The notes under the pieces were generated by a model that ran no database searches, was not told the origin of the DNA, and was given only the letters and a program-made list of their open reading frames with translations. 57,637 nucleotides of DNA, taken from Chloropicon primus (lineage: Eukaryota). Positions 21,501-31,655 of the stretch are shown piece by piece. Positions within the stretch are counted from its first letter, which is position 1; every line of letters begins with the position of its first letter. The position numbers and the translations under genes were made by a program. The DNA lies in assembly GCA_023205875.1 (NCBI GenBank), contig CP060754.1, positions 1,798,001 to 1,855,637 of the forward strand, read 5' to 3'.

Positions 21501-23169
21501 TTTGCCTTGAGGCCTCCACCGACCCCGCTGGGCCCCCAACCAAGGGGAAGCCAATGGTCGAGACGATGGCATCCACCTCCGCGTGCCCACTTTTCAGCGA
21601 GGACTTGTCCTCCTCGTACCTCGTCGTCAGCAGGTCCCTGACGACGGTGTGCGCCTCGACCCCATTGATGAATATGGGCACGGGGACCAGGCCATCCTGC
21701 TCAAAGTACCTGATGAGCTGAGGGATGTACTGCTGGTCCGTGAGAACGTGCTTCCTGTACAAGAGAACCCCCACCCTAGGCGCCCCCTTCCCCTTGAGGG
21801 GGCCAGAACTCTCGTACCAATCCAAGTACTTTGCTGGGGACTCGAAGATTTCTGGAGTGTCGGGGTGGACACAGCCCTGGTTCGGCATCTCGGTCACCTG
21901 CTTCATCTCAATCTCCATCTTTTGGATGTACTCGTTCACGATCAGCACGAACATGCTGGTCACGTTCTCGGCGCCGGCTTGGTTCCAGTAGCTGTACACG
22001 TTGAGCCAATTCCTGAGGTGTCTGACTTTCGTCCCGGGCAGGTACTTGAGGAGCTTCGGACCAAATTTGAGCATCGACAGGTAGCCCACCATCCGGTCCT
22101 CTTCCCTTCCGGAGCCGAAGAGGGACAGGATCTTCTTCACCGCGGGCGGTGGCCCCGCCTTCTTTCCGGGATCCTTCATCGCCATCGTGAACGTGCCCAC
22201 CTGGGTCATTCCCATCAGGTTCAGGTCAGACTCGAACACAAACCTCACAGGAACGCTCTCCACCTTGTCCTTGAGCCACTCGACCGCGTCGTAATCGAAC
22301 AGCAGGCTGCCGAAGAACACGTCGCAAGAGTCCTCCAGAGCCTGCAGCACCACGTCCTGGTTCTCCTCGATGTCCCTGTCGCTGAAGACTCGCAGGTTGA
22401 TCAGGCCCGAGCTCATCCTCCTGAGGGACTGGGCCACCTTCTTGTACAAGGAGATGTTAAAGGCCTCGAAACCGCACACGAACACGATGTTGACCTGCCT
22501 GAGCTCGCCACCGACTCTCGCACCGAAGTCCCCGCCCAGCTCATCGTCGTCGTCCCCTTCCTCTCGCGCCAGAGCCGTGGCGCCCCTCGCCCAGTCCCTG
22601 GCCTCCGACCTCAGCTGCTCCAGTTGTTCACGGAGCCCCATCTCCCTCAGTTTGAGGGCGTGGCTCCTCTCCTGGAGCTCCTTCCACTGCTTCCCCTGCT
22701 GGAGCCCGTCCATCACGAGCTTGAAGGACTCGGGATCCTCCCTCCCCAGGCTCTTGAAGTCTGCCGCGCTGCGAATGCCCTTGGCTCCCGAGACCTGCCT
22801 CAGTTCCTCGCTGCTGAATATCTCCAGGTACAACGCGTCGATCTCCGCCCTGACCTCCTCGATCTCCCCCTCCTTCCTCTGGAGCTCCTCCTCTCGCTCC
22901 CGCCTCTGGGCCTCGAGCGACTCCTCGCTCTCCCTCTCCAAGCCCTCCAGGAACTTCTCCGTCCGGCTCGTCCTCTTGTCCAAGGCCCCGGGACGATGAT
23001 GACGTTGACGATGACGATGACTTGGATGACTTGGATGACTTGGACGTGTCAGGTAGCGCGGGAGTCCGCCCGTCCTCCTGCCCCCTGCCCCCCACGCCGC
23101 GGAGGTTGAGGTGGTCCCCGCTGCTCCCATGACCACGGGATTCCGCTTCCTCGACAAAACTCCTTCCAT
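18583..23169 (-). CDS. Magnesium chelatase subunit H-like protein (CobN/ChlH family; CHLH2-type paralogue)
   Basis: GFPLVGGPAG, LPELDGA, GDPMRLLF, HFGTHGTVEWLPG, NNPSESIIAKRRG, LPTGRNIHALDP, RSKLLNPKW. Confidence 0.9.
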   Translation of the reverse strand: MEGVLSRKRNPVVMGAAGTTSTSAAWGAGGRRTGGLPRYLTRPSHPSHPSHRHRQRHHRPGALDKRTSRTEKFLEGLERESEESLEAQRREREEELQRKEGEIEEVRAEIDALYLEIFSSEELRQVSGAKGIRSAADFKSLGREDPESFKLVMDGLQQGKQWKELQERSHALKLREMGLREQLEQLRSEARDWARGATALAREEGDDDDELGGDFGARVGGELRQVNIVFVCGFEAFNISLYKKVAQSLRRMSSGLINLRVFSDRDIEENQDVVLQALEDSCDVFFGSLLFDYDAVEWLKDKVESVPVRFVFESDLNLMGMTQVGTFTMAMKDPGKKAGPPPAVKKILSLFGSGREEDRMVGYLSMLKFGPKLLKYLPGTKVRHLRNWLNVYSYWNQAGAENVTSMFVLIVNEYIQKMEIEMKQVTEMPNQGCVHPDTPEIFESPAKYLDWYESSGPLKGKGAPRVGVLLYRKHVLTDQQYIPQLIRYFEQDGLVPVPIFINGVEAHTVVRDLLTTRYEEDKSSLKSGHAEVDAIVSTIGFPLVGGPAGSVEASRQTEVSREILEVKNVPYVVAAPLLIQDIESWDRNGMTGLQSIVLYALPELDGAIDTVPIGGLVADDIFLVPERVKRLTSRLHKWISLRRKPKVESKVAVLLYGFPPGVGATGTAALLNVPSSLASLLQTLREEGYHVGDIPEDLDGEEVVKMIRDLDSPRAIAGGADAVNANGAETARSLGGRVAAAEVTPSQLRDWLSFPEAWGPTEWGPIPFLPENDVLFNRLESQWGKLGNPNHLSVSAEGNYVVSGLQFGNVWIGVQPLLGVEGDPMRLLFERDLTPHPQYAAFYSWLQNGFKADAVLHFGTHGTVEWLPGSPVGNTGLSWSDVLLGSLPNVYIYTANNPSESIIAKRRGYGTIVSHNVPPYGRSGLYKQLAILKDLVGDYREDPASNAVLKETIVDTIAAAGLFTDCPYTDERPKITPADLGEISDSDFLAYVDRLFTYLKVVENRLFSEGLHVIGRAPDQESMSKYLSAYFGSRLPDAVLAFICEDGSGSATADQIVERFGGTARGQRLCREDVETALEIRGLLLKNTEEMKSVVRALRGEYIPSVAGGDLLRDGPGVLPTGRNIHALDPYRMPSQAAFLRGTSAAKEIIAQHQEQNEGEYPETCAVALWGLDSIKTKGDAVAIVLHLVGARTERDSTGRVARFELIPLSELGRPRIDVIANMSGIFRDSFQNVVNLLDDLFTRAAEAEEPPEMNFIRKHAEEMRSKGIDRPASRLFSNPSGDYGSMVNERVGSSNWEDGSELGDTWVSRNAFSYGKGGEEGSSRPEVLDTLLQTTDRVVQEIDSVEYGLTDIQEYYANTGALRKAAETARSKYNALTSDPEKRKKGKVGCSIVECFGEETTPKELEDVLRLEYRSKLLNPKWADAMVKQGSGGAFEISTRMTALLGWGATSDFKEDWVYDQAVETYVDNEEIAQALRKSNPQAFANILKRALEAANRGIWNASEETLEKLQEMFNEMDAELEGVERR

Positions 23170-23489
23170 CCTCCACGTCCCGCCCGCCCCCTGATCTCCT
23201 TTTCAGAAGATCTCTCTCTCTGTTGCCGCTGTTGGAGCCACAAGCTCGGCCCAGGCCAGAGGGACGAGCCATGAGAGGGATGCTGCCGCTGCCAAGGAAA
23301 CGAGAACGAGCATGAGAACGAGAACGAGGCGGATGGGGAGGGGGAGGGCCACAGGGAAGCTGCAGGCCTGAGTGGAGAAGAGATGCAACCCAGGGATCCA
23401 GGGGATGGTCCGCTGGTCTCCGCTGTGAAGGCTGAATAAACATAATTTATATAAATGAAATAAAAACGAAATGAGTCCATCGGGACCGG

Positions 23490-25333
23490 TCACTGTTTGG
23501 TCCAGATCTTGCAGCACGCGTCGGTGCCCACGCTCACTACTTTTGTGTCAGAGATGTACTCGAGGCCCTTGACGCCCTCCTGGTGGGCCAGGGTCAAGGT
23601 GGTCCTCTTGGAGCTTGGGAGGTCCAGGGGCCACATGATGACGTTGGAGTCGACGCTTCCGCTGCAGATGGTGTCGTTGCTAGGGGACCAGCTGAGGCAG
23701 GTGATCTTGCTGCTGTGGTAGACCATCCTGCTCTTTTTGACCTCGCCCGAACCGCAGTCCCACACCAGGACCTCGCGGTTGGAGTCTCCCGTGGCGAGCA
23801 TGGATCCATCGTGAGAGAATCTCATGGCGGTGACCTCCCCCCGGTGCCTCTCGAGGGTCTTGTCCTGCGCCAGGGCTCCGTTGCTGAGGGCGTAGACAAG
23901 AACCTTGCCTTGCTTGGTTCCCACGGCCACGAGGCTTCCGTTCGGGGAGATGGCGCAGGAGGAGCACTCCTGGGTGAGGTCGAGGGAGCAGAAGACGCCC
24001 CCGCCGCCCGTGCTTCCCTTCACCAGCTCCACCTTCTTCTCGTACAGCAGGCACGAGGTCTCGGTGGACTTGGAGTAGCAGCTGTCCTTGGGCAGGGACT
24101 CGAGCTTCCTCGTCTCGATGGCGGTGGAACCGCCGCTGAGAGGCAAAGAGGTGACCCTGAAGGTGTCGTCGAACCCGCAGGAATGCAGCTTCTTGCCTCC
24201 CTCCGCGACCCTCATGCTCACGGGCATGTTCGTGTGCACCATTGCGGCTCCTTTGCACCCCGCGCTGGCGTCCCACTCGCACACCTTGCCCTCGTAGGAC
24301 GAGGTGAAGAACCTGTCCCCGCTCTCGAAGCAGTCCGCGGCCACGGTGACGAGGCTCTTCGTGTGCCCCATCACCTGCGTCCTCACGGAGCCGGCCCCCA
24401 AGTCGAGGAAGTTGATGTTCCCGGAAAGCGACAGGCTCACGACGTAGTCCCCGACCCAGCAGCACCCGACCTGCATGTCCTCCACCGCCGTGCCCATCTT
24501 CAGCGTGGAGCTCAGCTTGAGGTTGTTCATGTCCCACAGCTTGACCGTCTTGTCCGCGCTGGCCGTGATGAGCTTCGCGCTGTCCGGGCTCCAGGCGCAG
24601 GCCATGATCGACCCGGTGTGGGCGTCCCCGCCCGTGGCGAACTCCTGGATGGGCTCCCCAGTCTCCCCGTCGTAAATGATGCACTTCTTGTCAGAACTCA
24701 CGGAGACGTACCTGCTGCCGTCGGGAGCATAGCGAACGCAGTTCACAAAGTTCGCGTGCTTCTTGTTGGAAAGCTCGAACTTGAAGGGCGGGCCGCCGTA
24801 CACGTTCACCCTCGAGTCCTCGGAGCCGGTGACGACCTTGAAGGGGCTCGTCGGCCTGAAATCGCACGAGTTCACCTTCCTGGAAAGTCCGTCGAAATCA
24901 CCAAAGTTCGAGCCCCTGTCCCAGGCGAAGCACTTGGCGAGCTTCCCCCTCCCGTCTCCCACCGCCACGATCTTCTTCCCGTCCGGGGACCACGCCACGT
25001 CCGTGACGGCGCCGCCCAGCACCGGAATGTCATTCTTCACGGTGCGTTCCCCCCCCTCGGGTACGTCGGAGCTCCACACTTTGATCCCCCCCGCGGCGTC
25101 GCCGCTCACCACGTAGTCTCCCGCAGGGGAGAACCTCGCGACAGTCGCGTTCGTGGTGTGCATGAAGATGGCCTCGCTCTCGTACGGGTTGCTCAACTTC
25201 CTCTTCACGACGCATCTCCCGTTCGTGTACAAGAGCTCGCCCTTTCCCTCGTGCCCACTGATCACACTCGCGAACCCACGCTCCACGTGAGGAAGCGGCG
25301 GCATCGTTCCACTCAGTGTCCACACCTGCGCCA
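23490..25333 (-). CDS. AIP1: WD40 actin-interacting protein 1 (AIP1/WDR1)
   Basis: PPLPHVERG, VARFSPAG, FKVVTGSED, YGGPPFKF, HANFVNCVRYAPDG; multiple WD repeats. Confidence 0.88.
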
Positions 25334-25480
25334 TCTTTGCTACCGTATTCAATGTCACTCAAACCCAAACCTTCTCGCCCTCTCTCGCCCTCTCGCCCTC
25401 TCGGCTCGCTCCTCGCGTCTCCCGCGTATATTTTTTGGCGGGAGAGCGGAGAAGAGCGAGCGGAAGAGCGTGATTGGTAA

Positions 25481-25650
25481 CGGCCCGAGACAGGACGAGG
25501 CCAGGGGCAAGGACACGAGGACACACATGACACACGGCCCGAGACAGGACGAGGCCAGGGGCAAGGACACGAGGACACACAGGACACACGGCCCGAGACA
25601 GGACGAGGCCAGGGGCAAGGACACGAGGACACACAGGACACACAGGACAC
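25481..25650 (+). repeat. 54-bp tandem repeat x3 in the divergent AIP1/cyclase intergenic region
   Basis: cggcccgagacaggacgaggccaggggcaaggacacgaggacacac.. at 25481, 25535 and 25589. Confidence 0.92.
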
Positions 25651-25665
25651 GAAGGGAGGAGGGGG

Positions 25666-28443
25666 ATGAAGGGCCATAACAACAACGAGGAGGAGGACGC
25701 TGGGGGGAGGGGGAAGGCCGGGGAGGCAGAGTCCACGAGAATGAGAAAGCAATGGAGTCCTGAGGACGTCGACGACTTGGGAAGGGGAGGGCGGAGGGGG
25801 AGGCATCCAAACGGGCTCAAGATCGTGGGCGCGACGGGGTTGAAGTTCGTGAGGGTTTTCCTGCTCGTGGTGTGGCAGCTCTGCGGGTACCTGTTCGAGG
25901 CCGGCATGGTGGTTCTGACGCTCGTTCCCGCCATGATGGACGTGTCCCGGTGCCTCGTCGCGGCGTGCTTCGCGACTGACCGGGGCGACGCGGCGGTGGA
26001 CTTCCCCCTCACCTCGGCGTACGGCCGGTGGCTGAGCGAGACAACCATGATAGCGTTCGAGACCGAGGACGGAAGGAAGCAGAGGAAGAAGGTCAAGAAG
26101 GCGGAAAAGATGCAGCGCAAGCGCCTCTTCGAGAAGATCGTCACCAACGGGCTGCTGGAGAGCGCGAAGGGCAAGAGCCTGGACATCGGGAAGCTGGGCT
26201 CCGAGTCCTCCCTGGCCTTTGTGATCACTGACATCCAGGGATCGACGCAAGCCCAACTTCAAAACCCGCGAGGGTACCAGCAGGTCGTCCTCAAGCACGA
26301 TATGGTCATGAGGGAGGCGCTGTACTCGCACAACGGGCACGAGCTGGACACGGAGGGGGATTCCTTCAGGCTCGTGTTTGCCGAGGTGGTGGACGCGATA
26401 AAGTTCTGTGTTGAAGCTCAGGAGAATTTGCTGTCCGAGAAGTGGCCAAATGGTGCGCTGAGGATGGCGTCGTTTAAGCAAGAACACGACGCGGAGGGCC
26501 AACTCATTTTCGCGGGCCCGAGAGTGAGGATGGGCGTGCACCTTGCTCTCCCCGGAACCTTTGACGTGCACCACAATTTGGTCACCAAGAAGCCCGTCAT
26601 TAGCGGCTACAGCTGGAACGTGGCCAACAAACTTGGGGAGATCGGCAACGGGGGACAGATAGTCATTAGCGATACGGCTTGGTCCGCCCTGCAGCACGAC
26701 CTCGCCAAGGTGGCCTTCCCGGCCGTGAAGCACATGGGCGCCTACGCGTTGGATGACCTTCCTGAGGTTGCGATGGATATATTTGAGGTGGTGGCGAACC
26801 AGAGCGACATGCTCAAGAGAACCTTCGGGCCGCTCCGGCGATGCAGAATGCTTGCAAGGCCTCAAACGAATTTTGGCGTCACAAAACCCCCTCAGGGGGA
26901 GGTGGCCCTCGTGGGAGTGAGAGCATCCCAGTACGATTCGCTGGTGAGCCAACCCAGCCTGACTTCCTTTCGGGTGGACCACAAGAGCAAGTCGAAGCAG
27001 AGGCTCGTGCAGGTGTCCACGGCGAACAACGAGGTGTTGGTTCAAACGATTCGGGTTGTTGCCCACCAGTTCCAGGGTTTCCTGTTCACGAAAGAAATAG
27101 AGTGCGATGAAAATTGCTTCATTGCCTTCACCAGCGTTGCTGATGCTTGCAGGTTTGCCATCGCACTTCAGGCGGCCCTTCTCTGCGCTGACTGGCCAGA
27201 CGATCCTCAAGCTGAGTTCGTCGGGCAGAAAATGATTTACCGGGGTCCCACCGTTGCCGTGGCGATCCACGTTGGGAACACGGAAAACGCCGAATTTTTT
27301 GAAGTGTTCACCGGGGCGTACGAAGGCACGGCGGTCTGCGGCGTTTCGAGTCTGCTCGACTTGACCAACATTGGACAGATCGTGCTCAGCTTCCCTGCCT
27401 GGCATAAAGTCCAATTTGCCCTTGGAGAGCTAGCTCAACCCTTTGTGATCGATCTTGGGGTGCACACCGTGGAGGACCTGGGGGCTCAGGTCCAACTAGT
27501 AGAGATCCTTGCTCGAGAGCTCAAGGGCAGAGTTTTCCCGGACGTGTCGTCAGTGGACTGCGTAGCGCCTGGAGCAAGACAGAGTCCAATTTCGGGCGAC
27601 GGCGTTGCTTTTGTTTTTACGAGCCCAGTTGTGTCGCAAGACTCGCAAGACTCTCAGGAGAGCCTCGTGGAAGAGGCCATTTCCGTTTTCTCGGAAATCA
27701 CCCGCCAGGCTATCAACGCCAAGGACAAGAGCAGCGGTTTGTTCTTTGGTTACGAATGCCAGGAAGTCGGGGCGGGCAATTTTTTACTTGCCTTTCGGGA
27801 TCTTGAGATGGCGATGAAGTACGCCGGTCAGGTACAAGAAACGCTCCTTTCTTGGAACTGGCCCGCGGACCTGCTGAGAATGGAGAAAGACTTTGGCGAG
27901 GTCCGGGATGACTCAAACAGGGTGGTGCACAGAGGTCTCCGTGTGAAGATGGGCATCGGGTACGGATATCCCTATTACTCTATGCCCCACCCCACCACAG
28001 GGCGCGCGGACTACTTCGGTCCCATCGTAAATGCGGTCGCGCGCGTCAAGGAGGTGGCGAAGCCAGGCCAAATCTTAGTACTTTTGAAGAGCAAAGAGGA
28101 CAAGAAGCGAATGAAAACCGATGCTATCATCAAGCGCTACGAGAACAAGGGTTTTGAGCTCACCAAGCTTGGGAAGCACGAGCTGAGGGGGGTTGGACGT
28201 TGTGCACTTGCGGAGCTTGCCCCAGAACACAGGCGGCTCGGCCTTGGGGACGTGGGTCACCACACCACTCTAGATGTCAAGAAGGTAAGCTGCCGCGAAA
28301 GGAAAGGGTAAATCGTGACACACCACTCTGACTATCATTTGCCTCCCGCTCGTCCCTTTCAGATGGTCATGGAGAAGACAAAGACCGCAGGAACGCGCGC
28401 ATTGAACTACCTCGAGGCAGCCGAAAACTACATCTTGAAATAA
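25666..28443 (+). CDS. Class III adenylate/guanylate cyclase-like protein with three cyclase-homology domains; intron 28285-28362
   Basis: FVITDIQGST, ELDTEGDSF, GPRVRMGVH, GLRVKMGI, GRADYFGPIVNAVARV. A GTAAGC..CTGAC..TTTCAG intron joins a last exon MVMEK...YILK*. Confidence 0.82.
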
Positions 28444-28513
28444 TGTCTTGATTCCTCGTCGTCGTCATTGACAGACAACAACAATAATAATTAACGAAGC
28501 GAAGCGGTTACAG

Positions 28514-29269
28514 TTACACGAATTTGTTCACGATCTCCTCGATCTCGGTGACCTTTGCCACCGTGTAGGTTGGCTTCGGCGAATTGGGTGGAAGCTCCTT
28601 TCCCGGAGCGTTGATCCAGATGGTAGCGGCAAGTTTTGCATTGATGCCTCCCTGAATGTCACTTTTTAGGCTGTCCCCCACGTGCACGGCTTCCTCAAAG
28701 GTGCAGCCCGCCAACTTGCAGGCCTTCGCAAAGATGCTGGGGTGTGGTTTCTCCTGCTCGCCCTTGAGGACCTCCTCCCCTCCAACAAGGATGTCCTTCC
28801 CGAAGAGGCGCTCCGCGTCGCAGGCCACGAGTTTCTGCCTCTGGACCTCGTGGTGGCCATTGGTGATGATCACGGTCTGCAGACCCTTCCCTTTCATCCT
28901 GCCGATCATTCCCTCCACCCCCTCCAGGAACTTGAAGTGGCTCAGTCTCACGTCCCTGTACTTGGTTTGCAGCTGCCTGGCTGCGCCCATGAGGTCACCA
29001 TCCCCTGCTTCGAGGTTCTGCTCCACTATGGCGGCGTGCCACAGCCCGGCCCTCCACTCGTCCACATGGATCTTGTACTCCACGTCCCACGGCGTCGCCT
29101 TCATCCCTTTCCTGAATCCTGCGATCAGGCCGTCCACGTCCACGCCCGGAACCAGTTCTGTGGCGAGATTGCCGACCTCCACGAAAGCGAGCTCGTCGCA
29201 CGCGCTCGTCAGCACGAGGGTATCATCCATGTCCAGGAACACGGCCTTCACCTTGGCCGTCTCGCTCAT
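28514..29269 (-). CDS. HAD-superfamily phosphatase, NANP/HDHD4-like
   Basis: FLDMDDTL, IITNG, EKPHPSIF, HVGDSLKSDIQGGINA. Confidence 0.85.
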   Translation of the reverse strand: MSETAKVKAVFLDMDDTLVLTSACDELAFVEVGNLATELVPGVDVDGLIAGFRKGMKATPWDVEYKIHVDEWRAGLWHAAIVEQNLEAGDGDLMGAARQLQTKYRDVRLSHFKFLEGVEGMIGRMKGKGLQTVIITNGHHEVQRQKLVACDAERLFGKDILVGGEEVLKGEQEKPHPSIFAKACKLAGCTFEEAVHVGDSLKSDIQGGINAKLAATIWINAPGKELPPNSPKPTYTVAKVTEIEEIVNKFV

Positions 29270-29592
29270 TTTTCTTCCCCTTCCCCTTTCCCTTCCCCTT
29301 TCACTCCGTCCACTCTGGTTCTGGTTCTGGATCTCGATCTGTCCTTGTCCTCGTCCTCGTCGTCGCGGTCGTCGCAGGCGTCGTGCACGCGACCCAGCGG
29401 TGTCCCTGTCCCGTTTTCTCCTCCCTCTTCCTGCGCTAACCCCTCGTGGGACCTTCCTCGTGCTCGGAGTCCTCCAAAGGTGCCGTCTTGCTTCTATCTT
29501 GCCTCGCCTCCCTCGTCCTGTGCTGCTGTCTGTCCTTTCAGCAGCAAAGATCTTGCCAAGAGAGCGGGATGGGTGGGTGGGGTCTCGTGTTT

Positions 29593-29900
29593 TTGTCGAG
29601 GACCTTGTGCAAGGTCGGTGACGGTGAAGGGAGGGAGGGGTCAAACAAGCGGAAGGGAATCTTGCGGGCTTTCGATTGATAACTCGGCTGAGGGGTTTGA
29701 CAAAGGGAGCGAGCTTTTTCTCTCCCCCCTTCCGTGCCATATTTGCCTTTTTCTGATCATCATCGTCATCACCGACGCGGGCACGAGACTGCCGCTCACG
29801 TTACAAAGCAATCCCGAATCCATCCATGTCGCGAATGCTTGAGGGAGATCAAGAGTCCTTCCTTGGATCCCTCCTGGTCTCTCTCCCCCTCCTGCCTTTG
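29593..29900 (+). other. Conserved non-coding modules A (29593-29703) and B (29730-29900), homologous to 80-485
   Basis: gggctttcgattgataactcggctga; cacgagactgccgctcacgttacaaagcaa; ttccttggatcc. Confidence 0.6.
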
Positions 29901-30122
29901 CCCCCTTGCCCTCACATCCTTCTCCATCTCAACTCCATCCTTGTTCCTCCTTGTTCTGACCAAGGACAGATAACGCAGGGCGGGTGGGGGAGTGGCGTCT
30001 GGAGAGGAGGTGCTGACAAGCAAAGTGCCTTCGTGAAACAGGACAAGGAAAGGAATCAATGAATCAATCAATCAATCAATCAATGAATCAATCAATCAAT
30101 GAAGGAAGGGGACCTCGGGCCT

Positions 30123-31655
30123 TTACTTAATTTTGCAAGCCCTCTCGTACTCCTGGAGCTCCGCCAAGGACGGGATGGTCTTGAAACTGGTGGATATGCC
30201 GTGCCTGTCAATATCCAAGTGGGCAGGGGTGACGTACTTGCCAACGGTCACGATGAGGCCAGAACCGTCCGAGAGCTCGTAGACGCTCTGGATCAGGCCC
30301 TTGCCGAACGTCGTGTCGCCCACCAGGGCAGCCCTGCAGTTGTCCTTCAGGGCTCCGGCAACAATCTCGCTGGCGCTCGCGGTGCCCTTGTTCACAAGCA
30401 GGGCAAGGGGCTTGTCCGTGAGAGGAGGCTGGTAATCGGTCGGGTGGGGCGCCCGATCTTGCAGGTTGCCGTCCTTGGTCATCGTGTAAACAATGGGAGC
30501 CTCGCTGCCCAGGAAAAGCCTCGACACCTCAACGCCTGCTGGAACCAATCCCCCCAAATTGTCCCTCAAGTCCAGCACAAAGTAGTCGGCCCCCTGTTCG
30601 TCCAGGGAGATCAAGGCCCTCTTCACGTCCAGGGGTGCCTTGGCGTTGAACTCCCTCAGGTAAACATACCCTTCCCTCCTCCCGTCACTCGTTTCCCTCA
30701 TCTTGTACTCCACCGGGGTCGACACGTCTCGGATCCCGCTGGCCCACCGCAAAAGCTGGTTCTGGGGGGACTTGTCCTTGGGCGCAGGGGCCGGCTTTTG
30801 CACGACAACGTCCATGACCCTGCCGTCGCTCCTCCTCTGAATCGTCAGCCGCACCTCGCTCCCCCCCTCGGCGTCCTCCTTGATCAGCTGCGCTGCCTGC
30901 AGAGGCGTTATCCCCTTGGGCGCCTTGCCGCCGATGGACAGCAGCCTGTCGCCTTGGTGGATCCCTGCGATCTCTGCGGGCGAGTTGATGACCACCCCCA
31001 GCACGACGAAAGGGTCCTCCGCCTCCGCGGTCTCGGACCCCTTCTCGGGGAAGGCCAGCTCGGAGGCGTCCACGCGAGACTTGAATTCGGACGACGTCCC
31101 GAGGTTCATTCCAACTCCCGAGGCATCGTACTTTGCCAGCCTCTCGAACTCCTTGGGCAGGAGGAGGCGGGTGTAGGGGTCTCCTCCCGGGATCCCTTTC
31201 TTGAGCATCTGCTTGGCGATCCTCCTCGCCTCGTCCGACTCCCTGTCGTCGCCCTCCTTGTCCCCTCCCCTCTTGGCCTTCTCCTTCTCCAACCTCTGCA
31301 GTCCCTCGTCCCTGAGCTGGCTCCACCTCTCCCTCGAGTACCCTCCCTCCCTGGCGTCCAGGAAGTGCTGGTCCACGACCTCGTAGACCTCCTGGACGAT
31401 CGTCTCCGGCGCCATCACCGCGGCCAGGGCACCGGGAGGAGAGTGCGGGCACACAGGGGACATCCCTGCGACGGAGAGACCCAGCAAAGCTGCGCCGGCC
31501 AAACGCAAGCACCGGTCTTTCAGGGACACGAAAGGGGGAGGACTCGGGCCGGGGTTGGGGCTCGAGGTGGAGCAAGCGCAGGCGTGGCTCTGCCTTCGCG
31601 CCCTCGTCGCCGAACCCACCGGCCCCGCTCTCGTCCCTCGCTTCACCGGCTTCAT
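30123..31655 (-). CDS. C-terminal processing peptidase (S41, CtpA-like) with PDZ domain, thylakoid lumen
   Basis: DPYTR, SPAEIAGI, LDLRDNLGGLV, TASASEIVAGALKDN, TFGKGLIQ; bipartite transit peptide. Confidence 0.92.
   Translation of the reverse strand: MKPVKRGTRAGPVGSATRARRQSHACACSTSSPNPGPSPPPFVSLKDRCLRLAGAALLGLSVAGMSPVCPHSPPGALAAVMAPETIVQEVYEVVDQHFLDAREGGYSRERWSQLRDEGLQRLEKEKAKRGGDKEGDDRESDEARRIAKQMLKKGIPGGDPYTRLLLPKEFERLAKYDASGVGMNLGTSSEFKSRVDASELAFPEKGSETAEAEDPFVVLGVVINSPAEIAGIHQGDRLLSIGGKAPKGITPLQAAQLIKEDAEGGSEVRLTIQRRSDGRVMDVVVQKPAPAPKDKSPQNQLLRWASGIRDVSTPVEYKMRETSDGRREGYVYLREFNAKAPLDVKRALISLDEQGADYFVLDLRDNLGGLVPAGVEVSRLFLGSEAPIVYTMTKDGNLQDRAPHPTDYQPPLTDKPLALLVNKGTASASEIVAGALKDNCRAALVGDTTFGKGLIQSVYELSDGSGLIVTVGKYVTPAHLDIDRHGISTSFKTIPSLAELQEYERACKIK

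Noticed and set aside
23583..25679. Long antisense ORFs (also 10049-11410, 25030-27414, 30099-31712, 49460-51283, 53838-56309)
   Set aside because: Shadow ORFs caused by high GC3 on the opposite strand of well-identified genes.
28514..29269. NANP-like gene as evidence of a sialic acid pathway
   Set aside because: HAD phosphatases are promiscuous and no other pathway gene is in the window.
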